A stretch of DNA of 33,695 nt, taken from contig JBHIDS010000003.1 in assembly GCA_046760205.1 (NCBI GenBank), forward strand, positions 1-33,695. Reading direction: 5' to 3'. The translations under genes and the position numbers were made by a program. The DNA comes from Candidatus Methanofastidiosia archaeon (lineage in GTDB: Archaea > Methanobacteriota_B > Thermococci > Methanofastidiosales > SZ-28-30). The notes beneath the pieces are model-generated. The model did not search any database. It had not been told where the DNA came from and worked only from the letters and a program-made list of their open reading frames with translations. Positions 17,697 to 28,141 of this stretch are shown here, piece by piece. Numbering within the stretch: position 1 is the first letter of the stretch; each line of letters starts with the position of its first letter.

Positions 17697-18488
17697 ATGT
17701 TAGACAATCAAACCTTATCAAAACATGCCAAAATGTTTGACACCTATTACAGTGACTTTGGAGAAATTTGTATAAGAGAGAAGTCCTACTCCTTCAACAT
17801 CGCTCATAGAAAGGTGAAAGATGAAATATTCTCTCATATAGAGATGGATGGGAAGAAAAAACCAGTAAAGATCCTTGATGCAGGTTGTGGTATGGGATTA
17901 TCTTTAAAAGAACTCCACGAACTAACCAACAAGTCATGTGTAGAGTTGTATGGTGTTGATATATCCAAGGTACAAATTGAAAGAGCTAAAAATATCTATG
18001 AAGTTCCAGCAAAACTTTTTGTATCTCCAATAGAAGAATTACCTTTTGAGAATTCTTTTTTTGATTTTGTCATTTGTTCTGAAGTACTTGAACATGTTTT
18101 GGATCCACAACTTTCTCTTTCAGAACTTTCGAGGGTCATTAAGAAAGAAAATCTTTTAATACTTTCAACTCCCAACAAGAAAAGCATATACGTTTTAATA
18201 GAAACTCTAATTAAAAAACTTAGGGGAGAAAAGCATGTTATCAAAGGTAAAGGAAAGTATTCGATAAAGGATAACCCAATCCCTAAAAAATATCTATTTC
18301 AATATATCAAAGATGCAAACTTTGAGATCATCTATGTGGCTTTCAAAAATGCCTTTTTTCCCCATGCTCAGAGTTTTCTGCCAGTCTTTGTCCAGAAGTT
18401 TCTCATTTCTCTCTCCTTTAGAGTAGAAAAATCCCCTCTTAAAGAGTACTTCTGCCGTCAGACAATAGTGATAGCCAAGAAGGTGTAG
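17697..18488 (+). CDS. Class I SAM-dependent methyltransferase
   Basis: ILDAGCGMG, GVDIS and LPFENSFFDFVICSEVLEHV. Promoter CCAAAAAGCTTATATT at about 17650. Confidence 0.88.
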   Translation: MLDNQTLSKHAKMFDTYYSDFGEICIREKSYSFNIAHRKVKDEIFSHIEMDGKKKPVKILDAGCGMGLSLKELHELTNKSCVELYGVDISKVQIERAKNIYEVPAKLFVSPIEELPFENSFFDFVICSEVLEHVLDPQLSLSELSRVIKKENLLILSTPNKKSIYVLIETLIKKLRGEKHVIKGKGKYSIKDNPIPKKYLFQYIKDANFEIIYVAFKNAFFPHAQSFLPVFVQKFLISLSFRVEKSPLKEYFCRQTIVIAKKV

Positions 18489-18490
18489 GA

Positions 18491-19513
18491 ATGAAGATTC
18501 TCACAGTTTCTACATTTCTCCCTCCCGTACTAGGTGGTGGGGAGAGTGTTGCTTTGGAACTTTCAAAAAGAATTTCAAGGCATGACATTGAAGTTCATCT
18601 CTTAACTACCAGTAAAAGAGCATATTCTGATAACATTATCATCCATTCTGTGCCTTTTACCAAAGGATTGGAGATCTTTTACTCTACCTTTGGATGGTTT
18701 GCTTTGAAAAAAATCATAGAAAAGAATAAATTTGATATCATCCACTCTCATTTGATTCAACCATGGGGATTTGTTTTTAGAAATTGTAGGGAAAAAAAGG
18801 TTATAACAGTTCATGGAGCAGTTTACCCTGAGAGAGGATTTCCAAACAGATTTTTCATAGATTCTGCCCTAAAAACTGCTAATAGGATAGTAGTCCCTGC
18901 CAAATGGACTCTTAAATACATAAAAAGGCACTATGGCTTTCAGGGGATATACATACCGAATGGAATAGACACAGAAACCTTCAAACCAAACAACGATCGT
19001 AAGAGAGATAATGTTATATTGTTCGTTGGAAGATTTTTGGAACAGAAGGGAGTAAGAGAACTGGTGGAGGTTGCAAAGCAATTAAAAGAATATGAATTCT
19101 GGTTCGTTGGAGAGGGACCACTTGGAAAGATGATAAACTTGCCAAATACCAAAAATCTTGGAATGAAAACAACGAAGCAATTGGTGGATATTTACAATAA
19201 AGCCACGATATGCACCTTTCCCTCTTACTTCGAGAGCTTTCCCATGGTGGGGCTTGAGGCTCTAGCTTGTGGGAAAGCCATAGTTACAACGAAACTTGGA
19301 TTTTCTGAAATGATTGAAAATGGAGAAAATGGAATATTGATAAAATCAAAAGATGTTGGCACACTCAAAGATAAAATAACTCTTTTAATGGAAGACACCA
19401 AACTTAGAAAAAAGTTTGAAAAAAATTCGAGAAAGAGCGTGTTGAAGTTTAGATGGAACCTAATTTTAGAAAAGTACTTAAAGTTGTACAAGGAATTAAT
19501 TGATCATGAGTAG
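18491..19513 (+). CDS. Glycosyltransferase family 4
   Basis: PPVLGGGE, IPNGID, FVGRFLEQKG and PSYFESFPMVGLEA. Confidence 0.9.
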   Translation: MKILTVSTFLPPVLGGGESVALELSKRISRHDIEVHLLTTSKRAYSDNIIIHSVPFTKGLEIFYSTFGWFALKKIIEKNKFDIIHSHLIQPWGFVFRNCREKKVITVHGAVYPERGFPNRFFIDSALKTANRIVVPAKWTLKYIKRHYGFQGIYIPNGIDTETFKPNNDRKRDNVILFVGRFLEQKGVRELVEVAKQLKEYEFWFVGEGPLGKMINLPNTKNLGMKTTKQLVDIYNKATICTFPSYFESFPMVGLEALACGKAIVTTKLGFSEMIENGENGILIKSKDVGTLKDKITLLMEDTKLRKKFEKNSRKSVLKFRWNLILEKYLKLYKELIDHE

Positions 19514-21251
19514 AGATTCAATCAGACTCAGGTTTTGGATCATCTCAACATTTGGGCTGTGCACAATTTTGTTGTTTGCAAGATTACTGAAGATGGGAAT
19601 TTCTCCTCCTCAATCTATTTACTATCTTGCCTTAATCATGATAATACTTCCTTACATTTTTCATTTGGAATCGCTCAACAAGAATGAAATGATTCTGGGA
19701 CTTATTTTTTTATCTGCTGCCATCAATTTTCTGTATCCTATAATGTCTCCTAATGGGATTCCATACAATATAGATTCTTTGTACCTAACTCAGACAACTC
19801 AGTTATTTTCTAAAAGTGGACATTGGATGATAGATAGTGGAACTCAACTCGCAAGAGCTTACAGCAACTATCCAAGTGTATCAATTTATAACATTTTCTT
19901 CAAAGAAATCACTGGAATTCCAATTTTGTTTTTGATTTCTTGGAGTCTTACCTTAATAAGATTTCTTGTCATTCCACTATGTTTGTTTGAGATTTTAAGG
20001 TATTTCTTTGAGAAATCCACTGCTTTTTTAGGAGTTGTCATATATCTAACCTCACCTTCATCCATGGTGTTTCCTCATCATGAGAATTTAGCATTGGTTT
20101 TCTTTGTCATGTTTCTCTTCTTTACTTTGAAATCGGAAGAGAATGGTGGAAAAACTTCAATGAAATATATTTTTTTAAGTATGTTGATGATTGTTTTGAT
20201 AGTTTTCACTCATCACTTTTCCTCATTCATTCTTCTAATATGGATTTTTGGAGTCTATGTTTTAAGAATGGGAGCTAAGAGTTCATCTTTGATAAATAGA
20301 AAATTTTTTGTTGATAACAAAATATATAAATTTTCTTTCATTTCAATTCTTCTTGTGATAACTTTATTTCTTTCATTTCATTTGTGGATAAACATTAAAA
20401 TGTATCTAAATATTTCCACTGTTCTTTCAAACTTTGTAAGAAGTATATTTGATTTTTCCTCAGAAGCTCTTTTCAAGCAATCTCAGTTTGAGCACTACTA
20501 CAATATTTATGAGAGATCCATCCTTTACTTCTCAATGCTCATAATTTCTATTTCCTCTTTTCTGGGATTTTTCAAATATTTAAAACGCAGAGTTTTCGAC
20601 ATCGTTGTTATGAATTTCATTTTAAGTCTCACAATTACAGGAATTTCAATATTCGCCTTTTTCTTCACCCCTTATAGCTGGATTATTGAGAGGATATTTG
20701 AATTCAGTTACATTGGATTTGCATCAATGGCAGCATTTTGGTTTTCAAAGATGAATAAATATAAACTAAGAAAAATGGTTGTTCCAATTCTAATCTCAAT
20801 TCTACTTATTGGAGGAAACCTCAAACTCGTTGGGAATCCCAAGATGTATTATTTCGAAATACAGGAAACTGAAAATAATAGAAGAAAATCTGAAGTCTAT
20901 TCTATGAAAGCTTACCATTCTACTCAGTTCTTGAAGAACATCAACATCGATAGTCAAGTTATGGGAGATTATTACGTTATAAATTTATACGGAGGCTTGG
21001 GACATTTGAAAACTCCATTAGATATTTTTCCACCTTCTGGTTATGTCTATAAGTTTTTTATTAAAGAATATATTTCACAAGAGGATGTTATCATCTTGTA
21101 CAAGAGAAACGTTGGGTATGTTGTTATTCACAAGTTCATGAGTTTCAAAACCTATATAAACATAAGCAACAATCTCAATTTGCATGGAAATTTTGATAGG
21201 ATATTTGATGATGGAGAATTTATCGTTTATAAGCTTATATCGACAATCTAA
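19500..21251 (+). CDS. Polytopic membrane protein of the glycosylation locus (GT-C/DUF2206-like)
   Basis: More than 10 hydrophobic segments, FTHH motif, and a C-terminal soluble tail with YVVI...FDRIFDDGEFIVY. The start may be ATG 19506. Confidence 0.6.
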   Translation: MIMSRDSIRLRFWIISTFGLCTILLFARLLKMGISPPQSIYYLALIMIILPYIFHLESLNKNEMILGLIFLSAAINFLYPIMSPNGIPYNIDSLYLTQTTQLFSKSGHWMIDSGTQLARAYSNYPSVSIYNIFFKEITGIPILFLISWSLTLIRFLVIPLCLFEILRYFFEKSTAFLGVVIYLTSPSSMVFPHHENLALVFFVMFLFFTLKSEENGGKTSMKYIFLSMLMIVLIVFTHHFSSFILLIWIFGVYVLRMGAKSSSLINRKFFVDNKIYKFSFISILLVITLFLSFHLWINIKMYLNISTVLSNFVRSIFDFSSEALFKQSQFEHYYNIYERSILYFSMLIISISSFLGFFKYLKRRVFDIVVMNFILSLTITGISIFAFFFTPYSWIIERIFEFSYIGFASMAAFWFSKMNKYKLRKMVVPILISILLIGGNLKLVGNPKMYYFEIQETENNRRKSEVYSMKAYHSTQFLKNINIDSQVMGDYYVINLYGGLGHLKTPLDIFPPSGYVYKFFIKEYISQEDVIILYKRNVGYVVIHKFMSFKTYINISNNLNLHGNFDRIFDDGEFIVYKLISTI

Positions 21252-21264
21252 CAAAATATTGGAT

Positions 21265-22095
21265 ATGGAGAAGATCCTCATGAATAAGAGATGGTTAGAA
21301 GCTCAAAACTGTGAAAAAGAATATTGGAATAGCAATGTTTTGGATGTTGAGAACGAGGAACTGCAACTTAGGTTTTTCAATTTGATGAAAGAATTAATGA
21401 AAGAATTAAAAATAGGAGAAGGAGACCGAATACTTGACTTAGGTTGTGGACCTACCTGTATCTCAAAATTCTTTGAAGGTACTGTTAGAATAGGAATAGA
21501 TCCCTTAATCATTTACTTCAAGAAAAACCTAGAGTTGCCAAAGGATATTCTCTTCACAGAGGGAAGAGGAGAACACTTGCCATTCAAAAATTCCAGTTTC
21601 GATTTAATCATTTGCAGAAATGTAATTGATCACACCGAAGATCCAGAAAAAGTTTTAAAAGAAGTTTTAAGAACCCTCAAAGAAGGAGGATTTTTCATCA
21701 TCATCTCAAACATTTACTCTAAATTTGTTTCAAAGATAAAGAAATTTCACGAAAAAATGAATTTCTTAAGAGAAAATTACCATCCACATTTTTTTAGTGT
21801 ATTTGAGCTTAAAGAACTTTGTGGAAAGTTTTTTGAAGCTATTAATGAAGAAACAGTTTTTCAGAAGAATAATTTCAAATTTAAATCAAAGAAAATGGAT
21901 AAAGGAAATTTTAGAAGAATAATTCTTTTTTTGAAATATTTGAGTAGTTTAGATTTTGATCCAATATTGAATTATTTGAGAAGAAAAATCACTTTTTCAT
22001 ACTGGAATTTTATTGGTTTTCTCAACCATAAATTAATGAAAAACGATTTCTATCAGAGTGAATATCTTTTTTTACTAAAGAAATCTGAGAGATGA
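21265..22095 (+). CDS. Class I SAM-dependent methyltransferase
   Basis: ILDLGCGP, GIDP and LPFKNSSFDLIICRNVIDH. Start moved to the ATG downstream of the previous stop (track start 21184). Confidence 0.83.
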   Translation: MEKILMNKRWLEAQNCEKEYWNSNVLDVENEELQLRFFNLMKELMKELKIGEGDRILDLGCGPTCISKFFEGTVRIGIDPLIIYFKKNLELPKDILFTEGRGEHLPFKNSSFDLIICRNVIDHTEDPEKVLKEVLRTLKEGGFFIIISNIYSKFVSKIKKFHEKMNFLRENYHPHFFSVFELKELCGKFFEAINEETVFQKNNFKFKSKKMDKGNFRRIILFLKYLSSLDFDPILNYLRRKITFSYWNFIGFLNHKLMKNDFYQSEYLFLLKKSER

Positions 22096-23270
22096 AAAAA
22101 ATGAAGATAGCGATGGTTGGGGGGATGGGAGATGTGCCACCAAGAAGCAGTGGAGCCATAGAGAGACACATTCATAACATCTCAAGAAAGTTAACTAAGT
22201 TTGGGCACGAAGTTCATGTTTATGTAAATTTGAATAAAGAACTAAGAAAAACTGTTGAAGGATACAACATCCACAGCCTAAAGGTAAGAAAAATTCCTGG
22301 ATTACCCTATCTTAGTAGAGTTTACTTCTTTGGAGGAATGATGAAAGAGATTGCGAAGAAACAAGATTTTGATGTTGTTCATTCGCAAGTTTCTCTTCCT
22401 GCCTACTCAACGATAAGTTCTCTCAAGAACTTAAAAATACCTTTGATATACACTGAACACTTTTGGAGTATGTGGATGATGGACGATAAGTCAGGATTTC
22501 CATTTTCATACAGAGTATTCACACCCATAGGAAAGATGGCTTCAAAAAAACTTTACACCCTTGCAGATCATCTGATTTTTTTGAGTGAAAATTTTGAGAG
22601 AGAAATTCGAAAGCGTTTGGAGTTCGATCATAAAAAGATTTCCATAATCCCAAATGGTGTTGATACAGAAATTTACAATCCGAAAAATCGAAACATGGAA
22701 ATATTTGAGAGATGGAACTTGAACAAAGAGATTCCAAAGATACTCTATGTTGGTAGACTATCTCCTGAGAAGGGAATTATTTATTTGTTGCAAGCCTTCA
22801 AAGAGATTTTGAGGATTTATGAGGTGAATTTGCTGATAATAGGTGAAGGACACCAAGAGAAATACTTGATGGAATATTCAAAAAAGATAGGTGTAGAAGA
22901 TAAAGTGATTTTTGCTGGAAATTTAGAAGTTGGTATGTTAAAAAGGCTCTATGCCTCTTGCGATATTTTCTGTCTTCCAAGTTTACATGAAATGTTTCCT
23001 CTTGTAATCTTAGAAGCCATGGCAAGCCAAATCCCAATCATTGCCACAAGAACAGGGGGAATTTCAGAGACGATTGAAAGTGGCAAAGAAGGTTTACTTG
23101 TTCCATCGATGGATTCAAAGGCTCTTGCAAAGAAAATAATTACTCTTATCGAAGACAAAAATTTAGCAAAAAATCTCACAAAGAATGCTTATAAAAAGGT
23201 AATCTTGAAGTACTCATGGAATAAAGTTGCAAGAGAAATTGAAAAAGTCTACCAAAATTTGATCCATTAA
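22092..23270 (+). CDS. Glycosyltransferase family 4
   Basis: IIPNGVD, YVGRLSPEKG and PSLHEMFPLVILEAMA; ATGA overlap with the upstream gene. Confidence 0.9.
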   Translation: MKKMKIAMVGGMGDVPPRSSGAIERHIHNISRKLTKFGHEVHVYVNLNKELRKTVEGYNIHSLKVRKIPGLPYLSRVYFFGGMMKEIAKKQDFDVVHSQVSLPAYSTISSLKNLKIPLIYTEHFWSMWMMDDKSGFPFSYRVFTPIGKMASKKLYTLADHLIFLSENFEREIRKRLEFDHKKISIIPNGVDTEIYNPKNRNMEIFERWNLNKEIPKILYVGRLSPEKGIIYLLQAFKEILRIYEVNLLIIGEGHQEKYLMEYSKKIGVEDKVIFAGNLEVGMLKRLYASCDIFCLPSLHEMFPLVILEAMASQIPIIATRTGGISETIESGKEGLLVPSMDSKALAKKIITLIEDKNLAKNLTKNAYKKVILKYSWNKVAREIEKVYQNLIH

Positions 23271-23311
23271 AATGTTTGAAAAGATTTATATATCTATGGA
23301 AAATCATCAAT

Positions 23312-23650
23312 ATGGTAAAAAGTGGTTTTCTACTTATTGTTGGGATGATCGTCATCTCACTTACACTTTTAATCTTCAACCTTCAAGGATTTAGAGTTCT
23401 TCTTGGAATAATCTTTGTTCTTTTCTTGCCAGGTTACGTTTTGATGCAGACTCTTTTTCCAAAAGGGGATCTGGATTGGACTGAAAAGGTAATTTTGACC
23501 ATAGTTTTGAGTGTTTCTGTGGTTATAATTGATGGATTGATCCTTGACAGATTCTGGGATTTGAGCTTTATTCCAATCATTGCCTCTTTGAGCCTCTTCA
23601 TCCTGGTTTTTGCTCTGATTTCTGCAATCTTGAGAATCAGATTTTCTTAA
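23312..23650 (+). CDS. DUF1616-like small membrane protein
   Basis: FVLFLPGY..LFP...E...L...LS motif. TTTATATA at 23285-92 supports ATG 23312. Confidence 0.7.
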   Translation: MVKSGFLLIVGMIVISLTLLIFNLQGFRVLLGIIFVLFLPGYVLMQTLFPKGDLDWTEKVILTIVLSVSVVIIDGLILDRFWDLSFIPIIASLSLFILVFALISAILRIRFS

Positions 23651-23658
23651 CTCTACAA

Positions 23659-24915
23659 TCATTTCAAAATCCTTTTCACAAAACCAAAAAAGATTGCAAG
23701 AGATACAATGGTTTGGGTTGTAAGATAGGCAATTCCCACCCCTTTAAGTCCCATCCTCCCCAAGAGCAAATAGCTTAAGACTAGTGTTGAAAATGAGATG
23801 AGGGCATTGAGCTTTATCACATTGCCCACTTTCTTTTCTAGGTTGTAGAGAACAATCCTTAGAGTGTTTATCGAGAGAGGAATTGAAGAAAGAACGAGCA
23901 GGATCAAAATACCATGACCACTCTCAACATACCTGTTACCAAAAAGCCCAAGAAGGAAATCCACAAAAACCAAGGTTAAAGCTATTGCAGGAGTTAAAGT
24001 GATTACGATGAATTTGAGAGAATTTCTCAAATTCTCAGAGATCATCTTCTCGTTGTGAGAGCCCTCAGCTAGAAGGGAAGAGGCTGTGGCTTGAGGTAGG
24101 ATGAAGAGAATGGATGCAATCATAAAAGAAACATAGAAGTAAGCTGTTGACTCTGGATTTAGGAGATTGATTATCATCAAAGGTAGAACCATTACTGGGA
24201 GCCTCGATAGAAGTCCTGCAAGATAGTTTCCAAATGCAAAACTCAACATGGGCTTTAAGGATTTAAAGTCAAAGTCAAGCCTTAAACGATACTCCGGCAT
24301 AAGTCTTTTAAAATAAAAGTGAAAGCTCAAGAGAAAGGCGAGGAGAGATGCAAGTCCCCAAGAGACGAAGATTCCCATGGCTCCAAGAAAAATCAAAAAG
24401 AAGGGAAAGGCTATTTTTAAAATACTGAAGAGGGTGTTCTTTAAAAGGATGTACCTTGCCTTTCTCAAAGAGAGAAACAAACTCTCAAGAAGAACTGTGA
24501 AGAGCCAAAAAAGGGTGAAGAGAATAAAGAGGGAGGAGTAGAGGAGGCTTTCTCTTAGAAAACCAAGCTCTGGAGAGATTGAGTCTAAAAAAAGCAAAAA
24601 TATCGTTGAGAGAACCAAAAGAGTAAAACCAGATATTGTAAAGCTTGAGTTGATTATTTTTTCCTTGTCCTTAAAAGTAGGCAAAACCCTCACCATCAAA
24701 ACTCCAAAACCGAGGTTTGAGAAGGAGGATAGTAGAGTCATTCCCGAAATTAGGGCCACTGCAAGCCCTAAAGATTTTGGAGAGTAGAACCTCGCACAGA
24801 GAGTCCAGAAGATGAATCCCAAAAAAGAGGATACGAGGGAGTTTGCTATGAGGTAGGTGGTGGTCTTTATAAGAGTGCTGTCAATCAAAGCCCTGATTCT
24901 TTTTCTTACATTCAC
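23659..24915 (-). CDS. Oligosaccharide flippase (MOP/Wzx family)
   Basis: About 12 TM segments, LGFIFW..AR.Y, NLGFG, AYFY and LGLFG..Y; GTGA overlap with the AglB-like gene. Confidence 0.85.
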   Translation of the reverse strand: MNVRKRIRALIDSTLIKTTTYLIANSLVSSFLGFIFWTLCARFYSPKSLGLAVALISGMTLLSSFSNLGFGVLMVRVLPTFKDKEKIINSSFTISGFTLLVLSTIFLLFLDSISPELGFLRESLLYSSLFILFTLFWLFTVLLESLFLSLRKARYILLKNTLFSILKIAFPFFLIFLGAMGIFVSWGLASLLAFLLSFHFYFKRLMPEYRLRLDFDFKSLKPMLSFAFGNYLAGLLSRLPVMVLPLMIINLLNPESTAYFYVSFMIASILFILPQATASSLLAEGSHNEKMISENLRNSLKFIVITLTPAIALTLVFVDFLLGLFGNRYVESGHGILILLVLSSIPLSINTLRIVLYNLEKKVGNVIKLNALISFSTLVLSYLLLGRMGLKGVGIAYLTTQTIVSLAIFFGFVKRILK

Positions 24916-27900
24916 ATTTGATTGAATCCTTGTAGGTTATAAAAAACTTTGCCAGAAAGAATAAGGATTTTAAAGGGAGAGGACTTGTAGTACCAGATCG
25001 AACCTTCAGGCTCTGCATCCAAGATGTGAGTGAGCAAGAGATACTCTCCAGGTTTTAGATCTTTTTTCAACTTGAGTTCAATATAGATGTACTCACTTTT
25101 TGTATTTGAATCTTGAGAGTATGAACTTGAAACCTCAAGCTCCTGCACTATCTTTAAAGAGGGAAGTCCTTTTAGATTAAATATTATCCTATCCTCAATC
25201 AATGGCTTAAAATTGGTTTTTACCTTGAATCTAATCTTTAAGCTCTCCCCAGCTTTAATCTCTGGAATCTCATCAAAAGTTCTCCATTTTTCATTTGAGA
25301 GATACCTAACATCGACTATCTCTGAGGAGAAATCTGTTTCAAACTTCAAACTCAAACTCCCAAAGTCCTTGCCATCTGAGACAAAAACATGATATAGGTT
25401 TAAACCCTCAAATATTCTCAAAGAGGGAGAAGAATCTTTTCCTATTTTCAGCTCAAAATTACCCCTCGCATCTGTTTTGGTTTTCCAAACTCTCTCTCCA
25501 CTTCTTACAACAACTTCTGCTCTCTCAACAGGTGTATTCCTGAATGCCTCTCCCTCTATCCTAAGCTCATCAAACGTGGCATTTAGTTCAGCTCTCACAG
25601 AAATCGTTTCCTTTGGAATGTGAGAAATCTCAAAGAGTTCGAATGCGAAGTAGGTGTTTTTTGGAGTCATCCAGCCATCAGATGTGGAATTTCTATCCTC
25701 GGGAACCTCTAATATGTAGGAGATATTCCCAGAATAGCTTTCCTTAGAAGTTAAACCAGAAAATCCGTCCCATCCCCAACCATAAAAGCTTGAGGGGTCT
25801 TGCTCATCGTAGATGACTCTCTCTCTTTCATCTGAGAGGTATATGCTATCGAAGAGAACATAGTCTCCAGAACCTCCAAAGAAGGCAATCTCGAAATTTT
25901 CTATCCTGCCATAGGGTGATTTTCCAAGCTCCTGTGAAACTTCATCTGAGAGTCTCACAGTAACAAAGTTCCAGTTCTTGTTTTTAAGATGAGGGATTTT
26001 CACTCCAGGATAGCTCAAAGCTCCATCTGAAATCTGATGCCAGTTGCCATTTACAAAAAAATAGATACTGATAAATGAGTTTGGATTGGATTTTTTATAG
26101 GCAAAGTTTAGATGAGTCATTCCCTCAGAGGATGCAAGCTTTTCTTCTAACCTAGCTGTGAGCTGGTACGTTCCAATCCTTAAGTCTCCAGTGAGTTTAA
26201 AGGAAACCGTAAAACTCTCAGTAGATGCAGGATCTAGCTCAACGTCAAAGAACTCTCTGTAGCCCAAATCCCCATGAGGGTCGATGAGATAGACCTCCAA
26301 GGTTCCAAATAAAGGGTCTGCATCAGAGTTAACCTGGACCTCAAATCCCTCTTGGTATCTCTTCACAGATATGAACTTGTGATGCTCAATTTTGTAGATT
26401 TGGACATCCCCCTTTGAAAAAACCAACTCAAACCCCTCGGGTTCTGAAGAGGCTTTTGCAAGAAGAGAATCGTAAAAACTCATTGAACTTTGAGCATACC
26501 ATTTTATCTTTAACCACTTAAGTAGGGTTCTCTCATCGATGAGCAAATAGTCCACACCCCTCTTTTTAGCAATCTTTAAAGATTCCGTAGGATTTTCAGT
26601 AAAGATGGAGTAGAGTTCTGAGTCGCTTGCGTTTGGATGCCCCCCCAGAAAAGCTGTTTTTCTTTCAGCCTTCGCCTGAATCAACCAAGTGTAGTCCCAC
26701 CATGAGAGGATCACAGAATCTTTGGGAGTTTTGCTTTTTATGAATTCAAAGCTCTCTTGAAGCTCTTCTGTAATTAAAGGAGAAATCTCATTTAGATGGT
26801 TGTAGGAGAGGAAGAAGTTTGGAAGAACCAGTAAAATCACCAAAGACAACCTCAAAGAGGATTTGTCAAGAAAAAGAGCTCCAAGAAAACATAAGATGGG
26901 GGATGCCAGAAACAAGAATCTCACCATGATGTACATCAAGGCAGAGCTTGCAACTATGTATCCAAGAACAAAACCATTTCTCTTTCTTATGAGAGGGATG
27001 AGTCCCAGAGGAGAAAGAATAAAGAGCACTCCAAGATAAGAGGCTAAGTTTTTAAAGGTGAGTTGGTACTGCTCTGTAACGGTTCTGTCAACTCTAAAGG
27101 GGTCAAGGTTTACGTTGAGCTCGTAAAGTTCTAAAAGTTGGTTTTGAATAAATCCACTCTTTAACTCTAGGAGAATAGCTGAAATGAGGAGAATTGAAAA
27201 AATCACGATCTTCAAGCTTCGATTTTGGAACTTTAATTTCTTTATGAAGGCAAGAAGAAAGGATAAAAAAATTACAGAGCCTAATAAAATTGCTAAAAGC
27301 TCAATCTCCCTCAGCTGGTTTTCTACAAGACTCTCTTTGAGTTGAAGGTGGTATATGAAGAAGAGGTGGTTGAAGAGAAAGATCAAACTCAATCCCAAAA
27401 TGCTGGTGATAGAAAAGGAGAGAATACAATTTTTGAAGTTGGGATTCTTTAAGGTGAGAAGATTCAAAAAGTATCCTAAAAAGCATGCTGTAAGCGTAAC
27501 GAAGGCAAAGGGCCAGCCCACCCATGTTATTCCACATAAAAAGAGAAAGAGAGAAGATAGGAAAGAATATCTTTTATTTTCAAGACTTAGGTGAAAAAAA
27601 TAGAGCATCCAGAGCATGAAAAAGAGCATGAAAACATCTCCCCTAAGGTTTCCAGCAAGACTCTTTTCTATGGAGGCTTGGGTTATGGCATAAAAGAGAA
27701 CTGTTAATAAGGCAACCTTTGCTGTGTACATTCTCTTTATCAAAAGGTAAAGTGGGATTGCACTCAAAGTTCCAAAGATTGCAGGAAGAAGCTTTGCGGT
27801 CCTAAAGAGAGAGAATCCAAAAAGATTCAAAAATTTGTGAAAGATCCATGCAATAAAGTACATTCCCTCATAACCAACAACATAGTAAAAAGAACCCTCT

Positions 27901-28091
27901 GCTCCATCGTAGAAGTTTAGAATTGGATAGTGAGAGCTTTCAACCAACCTTTGAATTCTGTCAAAGTGCATGAAGGGATCTGCAAAGAGAAGATATGAAA
28001 ACCTTGCACTGGATGCTCTGAGAGAGAAGGCAAGTGAAAGCAACGCTATGAGAATAACCTCTCTTCTTCTTTTTTTGAGTTTAAGGTTCAT
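24912..28091 (-). CDS. STT3/AglB-like oligosaccharyltransferase with a long C-terminal extension
   Basis: N-terminal TM region with DPFMH, RGD and TVTEQ (TIxE-like); SWWDYTW acceptor motif; about 480 aa of additional beta-rich extracellular sequence. Confidence 0.78.
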   Translation of the reverse strand: MNLKLKKRRREVILIALLSLAFSLRASSARFSYLLFADPFMHFDRIQRLVESSHYPILNFYDGAEGSFYYVVGYEGMYFIAWIFHKFLNLFGFSLFRTAKLLPAIFGTLSAIPLYLLIKRMYTAKVALLTVLFYAITQASIEKSLAGNLRGDVFMLFFMLWMLYFFHLSLENKRYSFLSSLFLFLCGITWVGWPFAFVTLTACFLGYFLNLLTLKNPNFKNCILSFSITSILGLSLIFLFNHLFFIYHLQLKESLVENQLREIELLAILLGSVIFLSFLLAFIKKLKFQNRSLKIVIFSILLISAILLELKSGFIQNQLLELYELNVNLDPFRVDRTVTEQYQLTFKNLASYLGVLFILSPLGLIPLIRKRNGFVLGYIVASSALMYIMVRFLFLASPILCFLGALFLDKSSLRLSLVILLVLPNFFLSYNHLNEISPLITEELQESFEFIKSKTPKDSVILSWWDYTWLIQAKAERKTAFLGGHPNASDSELYSIFTENPTESLKIAKKRGVDYLLIDERTLLKWLKIKWYAQSSMSFYDSLLAKASSEPEGFELVFSKGDVQIYKIEHHKFISVKRYQEGFEVQVNSDADPLFGTLEVYLIDPHGDLGYREFFDVELDPASTESFTVSFKLTGDLRIGTYQLTARLEEKLASSEGMTHLNFAYKKSNPNSFISIYFFVNGNWHQISDGALSYPGVKIPHLKNKNWNFVTVRLSDEVSQELGKSPYGRIENFEIAFFGGSGDYVLFDSIYLSDERERVIYDEQDPSSFYGWGWDGFSGLTSKESYSGNISYILEVPEDRNSTSDGWMTPKNTYFAFELFEISHIPKETISVRAELNATFDELRIEGEAFRNTPVERAEVVVRSGERVWKTKTDARGNFELKIGKDSSPSLRIFEGLNLYHVFVSDGKDFGSLSLKFETDFSSEIVDVRYLSNEKWRTFDEIPEIKAGESLKIRFKVKTNFKPLIEDRIIFNLKGLPSLKIVQELEVSSSYSQDSNTKSEYIYIELKLKKDLKPGEYLLLTHILDAEPEGSIWYYKSSPFKILILSGKVFYNLQGFNQM

Positions 28092-28141
28092 TCAACAATC
28101 CTTCATGAAAAACCTTAAAAGTTTTGTCCTTACTTTAAGCT

